This document shows, in pieces, positions 14,414-26,119 of a DNA stretch of 64,000 nt (positions within the stretch are counted from its first letter, which is position 1; every line of letters begins with the position of its first letter). This DNA comes from Laetmonice hystrix (Eukaryota). Below the pieces are notes generated by a model. It worked only from the letters and a program-made list of their open reading frames with translations. It did no database searches and had not been told where the DNA came from. The stretch lies in the NCBI GenBank assembly GCA_965235115.1, contig OZ249436.1:20708001-20772000 (forward strand), given 5' to 3'. The position numbers were made by a program, and so were the translations under genes.

Positions 14414-15939
14414 CCCTCCTGTTCTGCCCTGAGAACGTACTCTTACCATAAAACGCTGCTGTGAGCCCCAAAACGCAGCGTTTACCTTCATACAAACATC
14501 AGATATGCCTGATGTGCCTTTCGCCTGGCTATATTTGATATTGAACTTACTTCAATGTGGTTTTATCTGCGACCATCTTGGTCCTGGCCCTGGGGGGCTG
14601 GGTGTGGGGCGCGGACCACCTGGTAAGAGGGCCACAGGGACCGCGCTGAGGGTACACTGGTAGAAAGCAACTTGATCAAAACCAGATGTGGTAGGAGGGC
14701 GAGGGTGGAAAGGGTCACAGGGCCGGTGTGATTTGGTACAAGCCCTGTCATGTCACCGGTAGGACTGTGGTGGTCTCAGCTGACAAGTCCATAAGGCCAG
14801 AATTTCCTAATGTCACTTTGTAACTTCAGTAGAGCATCCCAGGGCTTTCATGATGGAAGGACGTTGGAGCTTGTAGTATCACAGAGGGAGGGCAGACATG
14901 TCAGGCGTTTCTCAGCTCCCTTCTTCATGAAGAGACTGAAAGACGGGCAAATGAGACGCTGTGGTGGACATGGCGTCAGACAGGCAGTGGTGTGAGACAG
15001 TTAAAGGTGCTGTCATCGGGGTGCAGGTTTACCCCCTATCAGACTGCAGGTCTACCCCCCTATCAGGCTGCCCAAAAAACCCTATTGTTGATGGAGCAGA
15101 CAACGTGGGCCGGCACGCACGAACCGTTTACACATCCTATAGCTGGTAATCATCAAACTACTGAAGACTGACACCGCATGAACAAGTCATCAAAGAGTAA
15201 TTAGACCTTGATAACGATAGCGTAAGTGGAAGTGGTAGTCGGTGTAGAGAAACACTCTTCATCTTGTTGACTTTCTTGTCCATCGTAACGGTACATCGTG
15301 ATTCTTATCTAACTGGTTGATTTCTGAAAATAGTCTATTACGAAATTACGACCACCAACTTATCCCGAGGGTCATCCAAAGGTGAGCAAGTGGCAACGTG
15401 CTATGATAAAGCTCACATTTTGTCTTGGTCGTGACCGATGCTCAAAGATTAATTAGGAAAATGAAACACCAAACAGCAGGACTAAAGCGCAGGGAATGAA
15501 GGGAGGATGAAAATTTCTGTATAACATTACGAGGTCAAGTTGGTTTGCAAACATTCTGTGACTGATCGACAAAACACTTGGTAAACAATCGGCCCTCTTC
15601 CACTTTCGTTGGTATCTATCCGCTTCAAACTCTTAGACGTAATTTTCCCGTAAATGTAACATACTCATGTAATGTTTAGTCTGTTCAAAAGTAACAATAA
15701 TACAAGAGATTACATAATGACTAAAGTTGATCCGTGTTTATTTTATGGGGACGGGCCTCACATTAGACCAGCGACAATGAAGTACCCGGTATGTTGAATC
15801 TCAATGCTTAGGAAATCCCTGACATATGATCTTTGTTTGATGTGTTCTAATAAATGGTACCTCTTGTTGAAGGTCTTTGTTTTCTCCATTTACCCACGGG
15901 TTGGTGAGGGTTACTTGAAATCATGCAGTACAGTCACAG

Positions 15940-16183
15940 TAGTGGCGGTTCCCGGATGTGTGGAACGGTGGGGGGGGGAGGGGCATCCACCCATCTAAGT
16001 GTGTGACCCAATCAGAATGTCATAACCTAAAAAATAACTAATTATCAAACACCGTGTTTCTTCTCCATATAATGTAGCATGTTAGCTTAAACCATGAAGG
16101 TATTATAATAACTTCATTAAACAGGTACACAAAATGAAATGAAATTGTCAGGCCTAGCCCCCCCCCCCCGAAATCCGCCACTA
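15940..16183. mobile_element. MITE with TAGTGGCGG TIRs and 5-bp TSD, hAT-like
   Basis: tagtggcgg ... ccgccacta, flanked by an exact CACAG duplication (15935-15939 and 16184-16188), with internal G and C runs. Confidence 0.75.
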
Positions 16184-17350
16184 CACAGCCCCAGTTTAAT
16201 TTCGACCAATCACATGAAAATCCGGATTTTTTGGTTAATCTCGAAAAACTTTTTCAGGACCAGCCCGTTGAAAACTGTGACAATGTGATACACCCATCAA
16301 TGTTACCAAACACACACGATCAAAGATAACCAAGATTTACTTGGAAAGCAATTCCATCGGTCACAAAGATTTACTGCCGTCTTGCGTGCAGTATGTAGAC
16401 ATCGCCGATAGGAATTTGATTTTCTTTGACATTCTGTGGACAGCACGTAGCGCGGCTATGAGCGGGAGTAATGGGTCAAAGTGAATGTCCCGAGGCAAAA
16501 GTAGAGTTCCACTAATGTCGAACGACTGCTGTTGAAAGGTGGCTCAGCCATCCGACCATCGTTATCTCAGCACTACAGTCGTAAAATCACGCTTTGCCGC
16601 AGAAAAAGGTGAAAATTCGGCATCCACCCTTTGGTTTACACTGTCTATATAAAAGGAACTCTTTCAAAGGACGGACTGTACATGACGCTTCCAGGAAACG
16701 GTGAAAAATTGTGGCTATCATTTCAAGTGAAGGTTTCCTTGAACTTGTACCACGACAAGGTTCCGATCTCGGTGCGGTATGTTTGTTTTTCTCTCTTTTT
16801 TCAACTCTTCTTCCCCAATGTTGAAACTGAAATTCCCGCTGGATGTGTAGTCCCAGTGGTTCTCATGTCGTCCGGTCCAGTGCAGTCCGTACGAACACAG
16901 CCTGGGTTTACCGCGAATTGACAGAACTGTGCCAGTAAGCGACACAACTACAACATGTGTTATGACACTGTTAACATGATAATTGATGTATCCCTCAGTC
17001 AAGGGCAATGAACATCGTGCTGGGACAAGGGGTGAGAAACAAATGTTAAACAGCTTGAAACGAGATTATAGTTAAATAATTTGTGAGCTGACGAGGAATT
17101 TCGGGTGTGGGCCACTGGACATGGAGGACGGAAACAGCCCGGCGGAGAGTCTACCATTACAAAGGGAAACGTTCTGTAACACTCTTCATGCAGGACAGCC
17201 ACTCTGGGAGTGGCCGAATGGTAAAGATATTAACTTTTTCGCACGACTCACTCACAACAGTAAGTCTAGGCTAATATTGATTACAACATTCATATTGTCA
17301 GCACGATGCATTATGTGTACACCTTCTGAACTGGCACCTTAATACTTTAA

Positions 17351-17665
17351 CTATCAATGATCCCAGCCACTTGAGGTGGTTTTTGCATCGCGAAGCAATG
17401 AGTTTAGTCTACATTATGTAGGACATTCCTAAGCGGGACACCTAAATACGTTAACTATTAATCTATCAATGATCCCAGCCACTTGAGGTGGTTTTTGCAT
17501 CGCGAAGCAGTGGGTTTAGTCTACATTATGTAGGACATTCCTAAGCGGGACACCTAAATACGTTAACTATTAATCTATAAATGATCCCAGCCACTTGAGG
17601 TGGTTTTTGCATCGCGAAGCAGTGGGTTTAGTCTACATTATGTAGGACATTCCTAAGCGGGACAC
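17351..17665. repeat. 112-bp tandem repeat (2.8 units)
   Basis: Units start at 17351, 17463 and 17575 (ctatcaatgatcccagccacttgaggtgg...). Confidence 0.93.
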
Positions 17666-20149
17666 TGCACTATTGTAATGTATTCTTCTGAAGATCATTG
17701 ATATATTGGGTGTCGCTAGTGGTTATAATGTCTGGGTAGAAACTGCCTCAAAAACTGATAAAAACAGAGGTTGTTTAGTTTACACCATCACAGTAACTGA
17801 TCAAAAACCTTTTCCCCTCATCTGGTAGACTAACTGGTCTATCCGTCCAAATGGCCTGCTTTAAAAAGAACCCAGCTCAAACGCCCTAGATAGTTGTCCT
17901 GACGGTGCCAAAGAAATCAAGCAACAGGAAGAAGCAGACATGTCAGTTGTCAGGTGTTCAAAGACCTGTCTTCAACTGGGCACCATAGCATGTCTACGCG
18001 TGACCCTTGACCTTGAGAGTCAAGGCCAGTCATTATAGCCATCAATCAGGATGGGTGTTGTGAATGGCCTCCTGTGGCACGACCCGCAGACCGAGGTGGA
18101 CATAGTTAGCTACCCATTAACGTCCTCATGCTAGTGGTTTGTGATACTTATTAACACCAGACATAATTAAGGTTTAGCTATACACCGTCAATTCTTCAAA
18201 CAGGAATGCAAGCGCATATGTTGTATGTCACAACTAATAAATCTAGACTAGCATTAGTGTAACCTGTGTTTAACCTACCGGTAACCCTATTTCAAAGCGC
18301 ACCCTTTAGGCACTTAACCGATAATACGTTTGGTGGGGGCTATTAACACTAAACGTTCAACACGTTGAACAACCAACAAAAAGCCTGCGAGTCCCATTCA
18401 GTGATGTCACTGTAGCGAATGTGCATGAATCAACTTTGTTCAATTTCCTGAATTTCGAGACAGGCAAACGCTCTGTACCATTCTCTGCCAGTCGGCATCA
18501 AGACTCTTGGTCTGTCGCATTAGTAACGATGAACTGAGTGTGAAGTATAATGTTACCATGTCAGTAATGATGAACTGGGTATGATGTATACGGTTGCCAT
18601 GTTAGTAAATGATGAAGTAGCCGTGATGGTAGAGAGAGTGAATGGATGGGGGTTGCGATGAGGCTGGTGGCTATCTAGTTAGGCGGCGGTGCCACTGGCT
18701 GCCCGCCAGCCTCCCTCGGCGGGTAGCGCCACCATCCCCCACTCGCCTCCCTAACCTCATATTTCGGCAGGCACCCAGTGCTGACACGCAGGATTCGGGC
18801 ATCGCCGACCTACCCTACTTCCCTGCACAGACCAGTCCTACCCCACTACCCCCTCCACCCCACCCCTAGGGTACTGCACCCGTCAGGCTAGGTAAGCAAG
18901 CACCGCGCAGTCCTCAACATGCTTCTTGGTAACCATGTGCAAATGGCTGGGGCCGCACCACCTTCTGAATCTGAAGTGAGACTTTGTGAGAAAAGGACGC
19001 CTGCAGAGGGCACTGGGTGCACTGCCCCAATCTTTTTTACCCCACCTGTAATAGCATCCACGTAGTATGATAAGAACATGGCCGTTCAGCGATGTAGCAA
19101 GTAGCCCAAGTGTCTCGTGGTCAATGCCTTACATACTGTACTCATTCTCGAACTTGAATTACACAAACAATATGAAGTCATTATCCGTAAACGTCTTGGT
19201 TGAACTTCCCAGATTAATTTAAAACCGGAACATATATAACATTTTAGGAGACGAAAATGATAAATATAGCTGCTTCAAATGAACATCCATAACTGCTTCT
19301 GCTACAAATTTCCTATTCTTGTTGGCTTTTCAAATGTGAAAATGTAAGTCAAACAACCTTACACGAGTATTCAGTGGAAGTACATGCATATTACAAGGAT
19401 CTTCCTCAAAATCAAGGTCAAGGAAGAAGAATCTAAGAGAAACTTAAAATTAACAGCAAGATTCCAAAAGATCAATTTAATGACCAAACCGGTTTCTCTT
19501 AATTGGGTCAAAGGTCTAGGTGAAGTTCCTTGTTCCGGCCGTGTCTCCGTCACCGAGTACGACATCGTGGTCTATTGTGATGTGTACCTGCTACGGTCTG
19601 TCAGCAAACAATTGGGCGGTTCGGCCCGGATGGTCGGTGGCCATGGTCAGATACGGAGGAGCTGTTTTGCCGGCGCCGATGACATACAAGTAGCTGCTTC
19701 TGACCCCTCCTCTTCCATGCGGTCCGCCATCACTTGTGAAACCCACCAGGTTGCTAAGCACAGCAGGACTGTGCTGAGGCCGTCTAATATTGCGACCCTA
19801 AACCTCTAGTCATGACCACCTGCCAACCCCTCCCCACCGTCTGTCTTACCGCCTACTCCTGATAGGGCCCTGACCCGCTGGAATAGGTTGGCCTGTCAGT
19901 GTGCTGTACTCGGCTCCTATACCCTCTCTTATCTATCTATGTTTTACCATAGAGTTGAGATGAACCAGTTGGTGATGTGCAACTAACAAGACTTATTATT
20001 CATTTCACTAAGCCTTTTTACCCCTCCTGAATTTGATTGATTGAAATGCTGATCTGAACTACTTCGCAACAATAACAAACCGAGGGCACCGACTATTTTT
20101 GCCTCTCTCAGACAGGATAACTTTGTTTGGATAAGTAGCTCACAGTGAA

Positions 20150-20500
20150 AAGGACAGCCAAAGGTTCAGCAGGCAATGAATGAGCTGAGTACTTTCAAAC
20201 TGTTTCCCCTCAGCAGGCTGATTTCGTCGGGAAAGTAGAAGCAACGTCAACCTCAGCATACCAAAGTGTATCGGTTGTTGCTCTGGCTTCCGCTGAGGCT
20301 GTAATACTTCGCAACCGTTGGCCGGCCGAACGGGGCACAACTAACAAAGTTATGGCCCAATGGATGGCGCCTTCCATCATTCCCGAGCTGAATCAGCACA
20401 ACATCCGCTGCTACCTTTGCTTCCATGGCGACCACATCGCCACATCACAGTCTGCAACTCTCTCGTGTACCTAAAGTAGGTGCATGAGCGGCGTACTTGC
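20150..20500 (-). mobile_element. Possible degenerate LTR-retrotransposon (Gypsy-like) RNase H remnant
   Basis: Frameshifted translations MEAKVAADVVLIQLGNDGRRHP and GKQFEST..HCLL resemble Gypsy RNase H motifs TDAS..GAVL.Q...G..HP and GR.F...TDH.PL. Judged by eye only. Confidence 0.3.
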
Positions 20501-20976
20501 TCATCAGGGTGCCACCAAGTGGCAATGCAGTGCCCACTTCCCAGTGCTCTCCCCGCACCTACTGGCAGTAGCACATGTGGCTGTATTTTTACGAGCCACT
20601 AGGCTACTGCCTGTTCCCCTATATATACTTACACACCAGCAACTTGCAGCCCCCAGTCCACCAGGTTAAGAATGCTTGTTGCTAGGCAACTTCATTTGGC
20701 AGTGATGCATCATTTTTTTGTAACTGGTTCTTTTAACTGGCCTGCTGGCTATAGGTGGCAGCAGTAGGTGGTGGTCGGAAACACTCCCCTCAGGTACATC
20801 ATCATCTTCACGAGAACCTGGGCTCAGAAAACCTCAAAACCTTTATTCGATTTCCTGCCTCTGCGGCAGCGATGTGGCCTCTCAGATGGATAACCTGTGG
20901 ATAAACCCGGTCGGGCTCAAACTGCACTGGCTGCAGGAAGGAATTGAAAGATTGTCAGAATATCAACATTCTTAAA

Positions 20977-21756
20977 TATGCGGCACACGTCCACCACTAG
21001 ACACTATAGAGGGGTTGGCCGAGTAATCTATGCGGCACACGTCCACCTCTAGACACTATAGAGGGGTTGGCCGAGTAATCTATGAGGCACACGTCCACCT
21101 CTAGACACTATAGAGGGGTTGGCCGAGTAATCTATGCGGCACACGTCCACCTCTAGACACTATAGAGGGGTTGGCCGAGTAATCTATGCGGCACACGTCC
21201 ACCTCTAGACACTATAGAGGGGTTGGCCGAGTAATCTATGCGGCACACGTCCACCTCCAATCACTATAGAGGGGTTGGCCGAGTAATCTATGCGGCACAC
21301 GTCCACCTCTAGACACTATAGAGGGGTTGGCCGAGTAATCTATGCGGCACACGTCCACCTCTAGACACTATAGAGGGGTTGGCCGAGTAATCTATGCGGC
21401 ACACGTCCACCTCTAGACACTATAGAGGGGTTGGCCGAGTAATCTATGCGGTACACGTCCACCTCTAGACACTATAGAGGGGTTGGCCGAGTAATCTATG
21501 CGGCACACGTCCACCTCTAGACACTATAGAGGGGTTGGCCGAGTAATCTATGCGGCACACGTCCACCTCTAGACACTATAGAGGGGTTGGCCGAGTAATC
21601 TATGCGGCACACGTCCACCTCTAGACACTATAGAGGGGTTGGCCGAGTAATCTATGCGGCACACGTCCACCTCTAGACACTATAGAGGGGTTGGCCGAGT
21701 AATCTATGCGGCACACGTCCACCTCTAGACACTATAGAGGGGTTGGCCGAGTAATC
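20977..21756. repeat. 52-bp minisatellite (15 units)
   Basis: tatgcggcacacgtccacctctagacactatagaggggttggccgagtaatc; 780 bp = 15 x 52, nearly identical units. Confidence 0.97.
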
Positions 21757-23853
21757 CGTGCACCTCCATGTTGGCCGGTCTGAGGCTGCAGTGTACGCCT
21801 CCAGTCTGCCTTCCCAGCCCAGCCCAGCCTGTGTTTACATTATCCTCTTCTGGAATCAGACACCTGGGGTGCTACTCTTCCTATTCCTATCCTCACCGCT
21901 AACCTCCACAAAATTCTCTACGTCCAAGATCACACAGATGGTCACTAAACCAACTAAAGTTCATTTCTTACAGCTGAAACCCCCGCCGAACTCTATCAAG
22001 GTATCCTCCCCTGTTAGTTACCCCCATCTTTCAATATACAGTCGGGTACATATAACACAATAACGTCCGTATCTACCTACTCTGTACCGTGACCTTGTGA
22101 ACATGAGGTTGAGGTCGTGGCTACAATATAAGACGCCTTAACTGCCTGTATTACCTTTCAAAACTTTTATGGAACTTTGGCTTTCTCTTAACCTGCAACT
22201 CGATTAATCAAGTCGCCAACACGTCGATAGCTTTGTAAGGAAATTGAAGATAACGTTCTGGTGATGTCTCAGGCCTCCTCAATGGCATGATTTCCATGGT
22301 AACGTCAGAATGATACAATTGAGGTTAGCGGGTTATAACACCAGGGATGGAGGTATAACTCTCGATGGGACATTGCTGTACTTGATAGCCCGGTGAAAGA
22401 AACTTGTGGAATAGAAACGGTCTGAAACACCAGGTGGTCATCTGTAAATGAGGTCAAACGTTTCGGCTTGGTCACATGACAGGAGGAGGTGTTAATTAAC
22501 GATATCAGCAAGGCGGTTGTAAAGGACCTTTTGGGTCGCAGGAGGGCCAAACTTGAAAGCAGCCAACAACTGGTTATCACACGCTGCGTTCGGGACCCGT
22601 CTATACAGGTAGTAGGTCTGGAGTTAAGGACAAGGCCAAGCTAGGTCACTCGCGGCAAAAAACAACTTAGAGGGTAAATACTATGTCGTTGATATGGTTT
22701 TCTTAGGAATGTTTAAATCAGAAGCGTTTAGTTCTCTATATCAATCATATAGCAATACTAGGGAGAGGCAGGTTCTACTTCAGAATACCGGTTATACATC
22801 AGACACTGAATGGAGCCTTAAAAAGTTTCTGACATCCGTTTTTACCTTAGCCTCTGTTCCAAATCATGAATCGCCGAACTTCTATAGCCTATGTGTCAGT
22901 AACAGCAACATATAAATCACATTATAGCATGCCTGAATGCAGTCAAATGATGGCTTTGACTGCCTTCACTGAACTAAACTTTAATACTACCTCTGTAAAA
23001 AGTTCAGATACAAATAGTAATCACTTATTCTCCGCCCTGCTTCTCCATGTTCCTATATTTTTTGTAGTTTTTCCCCCACTCTGCGACAAGCGTTAGATGG
23101 GGGCCAGCTATGGTTCACATGTGTCGTTCTCACTAACATGGGGCCAGTCAAAGTGCATTGGTGGATCAAGTGGCAGCGGTAGAATAGAAGTCGGCATCAG
23201 CCATCGAGAGCCAAGTGCCAGGTACAAATGAGTGGGGCAAACTGTTACACTGCCTTGGGAGATTGTGTCGGGAGGCAGAAACTATCTCGGTGTGAAAGGT
23301 GGCACACCGGGCCGGCTCTCGGTGCGGGACACACGAGTCGTGGCCACGGATCATCTTACAAACAAAGGAAGTGGCGGGCATCCCGTAAACACACCTCGGC
23401 TTGCTCGGGCCCGTCCCTCCCCGACCCCGACCCGTCCCCCCAGCACCCTCCGCCGGTCGGTCGGTCGGCTCCCCCACCCGGCGGCCACTCACGATCCGTC
23501 TCCGCGGTCCGCGTCACGGCACGGCATTCAGGGGGTCTCCTAGTGTTAGGATGGAGGAGTCACCAATAATAACGGAGTGGTGAACGACAGGACACCATGT
23601 AAGGTACCACCATCCTCCACAACCTGACACTATGTACGACGGCACACCCACAGATCAGGTCGCTCCTAGCATTCATTAAAACAAACTATCGCAACCACAC
23701 TGTGAGAACAACAGGAGGAAAAAAAAACATCGAAAAACTAACCTAGGGGTGAGGACGGGTGGTCGTCAGGGGCGTGGTAACCCCACCATGTAAATTATAC
23801 ATGTGCCGTCAATGTCTTCACTGATACACCTGTTGAATTTGGCGATGAAAAAA

Positions 23854-24006
23854 GTGGGTGGGTGGGTATGGGGTTTTACGCCTTGCAACAGCCAGGGTCA
23901 TATCACGGCGGTGAAGATGATGATGAAAGTCAGTTTTTCTTGGTGGAGGAAACCGGAGTACCCGGAGAAAACCACCGGCCTTCGGGAAGGAACTGACTGA
24001 CAAACC
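23854..24006 (-). mobile_element. tRNA-derived SINE fragment with V-domain core and 3' tail
   Basis: The minus strand reads ggtggttttctccgggtactccggtttcctccacca, the conserved core of V-domain SINEs. It is followed by ...gatatgaccctggctgttgcaaggcgtaaaacccc and an (accc)n tail. The 5' head is missing. Confidence 0.72.
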
Positions 24007-24051
24007 GCGATGAAAAGAAATTCGCTTGTGATAAAGCCACCGTCGGTCAAG

Positions 24052-24696
24052 CAGGGAGTATTCCCATCGTGATTCAGGGAGTATTCCAGACCGATTCAGG
24101 GAGTATTCCTAGACGGAATAGTTCCAGAGCAATTGAGAAAGTCTTCCCACTGATTTAGAGAGTATTCCCAGACTGATTCAGGGAGTATTCCCAGACTGAT
24201 TCAGGAGTAGTCCCAGACTGATTCAGGGAGTATTCCCAGACTGATTCAGGGAGTATTCCCAGACCGATTCAGGGAGTATTCCCAGACCGATTCAGGGAGT
24301 ATTCCCAGACCGATTCAGGGAGTATTCCCAGACTGATTCAGGGAGTATTCCCAGGCCGATTCGCGGAGTATTCCAGTGGCATAGGAAGCTGGGCCAGAGG
24401 GGCTGCTGTGCCCCCCAGTATTCCCAGAGTAATTGAGAGAGTATACCCAGAGTAATTGAGGGAGTATTCCCAGAGAATTAAGGGAGTAGTCCCAGAGTAA
24501 TTCAGGGAGTATTCCCAGGCTGATTCAGGAGTATTCCCAGAGTAATTGAGGGAGTCTTCCCTGACTGATTCAGGGAGTATTCCCAGAGTAGTTGGAGTAT
24601 TCCCAGAGTATTTGAGGGAGTATTCCCAGACTGATTCAGGGAGTATTCCCAGAGTAATTGAGGGAGTCTTCCCTGACTGATTCAGGGAGTATTCCC
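24052..24696. repeat. 23-bp degenerate minisatellite
   Basis: Units cagggagtattcccagactgatt and gagggagtattcccagagtaatt, interrupted at ~24372-24416 by a cagtggcatagg MITE-like fragment. Confidence 0.92.
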
Positions 24697-25623
24697 AAAG
24701 CCAGTTTCAAACGTGTGTCCGCCTGTTTCCAGTGACAGCACGTGTAACCGGAGAACACACCATGGAGGCAGACGTCACCGTCGTCGAACTGCTCATGCGC
24801 ACAACATGCACACTGACGCTAAATGGATTCATACTGAGTTCCTAATGACTGCTGTGGCAACTGGCCAAATCTTCTAATTCATTTCAATTCAATCAGGAAC
24901 GCCACAAATCAACTCGGTTGGGCACTCAAGTTGCGGGAGTGTTGTCTTTTAACGACCACCAGACAACCATGTACCACAGAGCATCATGTAACAAAATGTC
25001 ATCTGTTAACTCTTAACCACACTCGGAAATTTGCTGTTGTGACAGATGTTTATAAATGACAGCAAGTCCCACAGAGGTTGAGATGGTAGGATCTACATCC
25101 TGAAATCATCTTCCTGAAGTTATCGTTCACACATCATCCACCTGCTGCTCCGTGGCAGCCAGCAAGTAACTCGGAAAGCCCAAACATGTATGAATAGAAA
25201 CATTAAAAATACTGGCCTCAGCTAAATGTAAAGTTCTGCCCTTGGCAGACAAGTGTTATGGCGATGTATGTTAGCGACCATCAGAAAAAGTCAAGGTGGC
25301 CAAGGTCGTGTATCACAAACAAACAAAACTCTTGAGGTTGAAAGTAGACCCAGAACGGCGAAACTCGAGCCCGTGTGGCGCTGCATGATGGTTGGCACTG
25401 CGCGACGGCCGCCCATCCGTGGTCTACCCCTACCATCGAGTCTATCAATAACTGAAAGTATTCTACCGAGGTGGAATCAACCTGACATGGTTCAATTCTC
25501 TTCCACAACACATAATTTTCTAAACTAACATAGTCGTAGCAAGTCTACGGAACCATGATCGATTACTTCTATCACTTATTTTTAACCCAAATAATCAATT
25601 TCTTTTACCAGTCCAGACGTTAG

Positions 25624-26119
25624 AGGCGAACCATTTTGATACGGGGGCCTATGGTTTTTTCTTCATGAGCAAACTTTTGTTTTGCCCCCAGGCTAAAGTG
25701 TTGAACCCACCAAGGCGATTCCCCTTGCGACGCCCATGCGATTTTGACATCACCCTTTTATTTTACTGTAATTTTGAGATTAAAGGATGCAACCCATTTC
25801 CTGAAACGGAGAAGGCCAGTCAGGAAAAATTTCAGAGTGAAATTCCACCATTAAATCAAAAACCGCATGTCCGTCGCAAGGGGAATCGCCTTGGTGGGTT
25901 CAGCACTTAAAGCTATGTTTTTCGCTATGACCATTAATCAAACTTTATTTTTTCCATTTCGACTATACTATAATATATTTTTTTTACATATCGAACAAAC
26001 TATTTTTTATGTAGTTTAATGAACAAACTATTAATATTTTTCCTGTGTTTGGTGAACAGATTTTTAAAAAAACCAAAAAAACATATCCCCCCCCCCCGAC
26101 TATCAAATGGCCCACCCCT
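25624..26119. mobile_element. Non-autonomous TIR element (outer), 3-bp TAG duplication
   Basis: Imperfect TIRs aggcgaaccattttgatacggggg / ccccccgactatcaaatggcccacccct, with TAG on both flanks (25621-25623, 26120-26122). Confidence 0.6.
25697..25907. mobile_element. PIF/Harbinger-type (Tourist-like) MITE nested in the previous element
   Basis: ~35-bp TIR with one mismatch (agtgttgaacccaccaaggcgattccccttgcgacg / cgtcgcaaggggaatcgccttggtgggttcagcact) and TAA TSD at 25694-25696 and 25908-25910. Confidence 0.8.

Noticed and set aside
14612-14640. GPPGKR-like collagen triplets as candidate exon 3 (also GPPG words at ~481, ~5210, ~31432)
   Set aside because: These are on the wrong strand, or the Gly-X-Y periodicity stops after two triplets, and there are no suitable splice sites.
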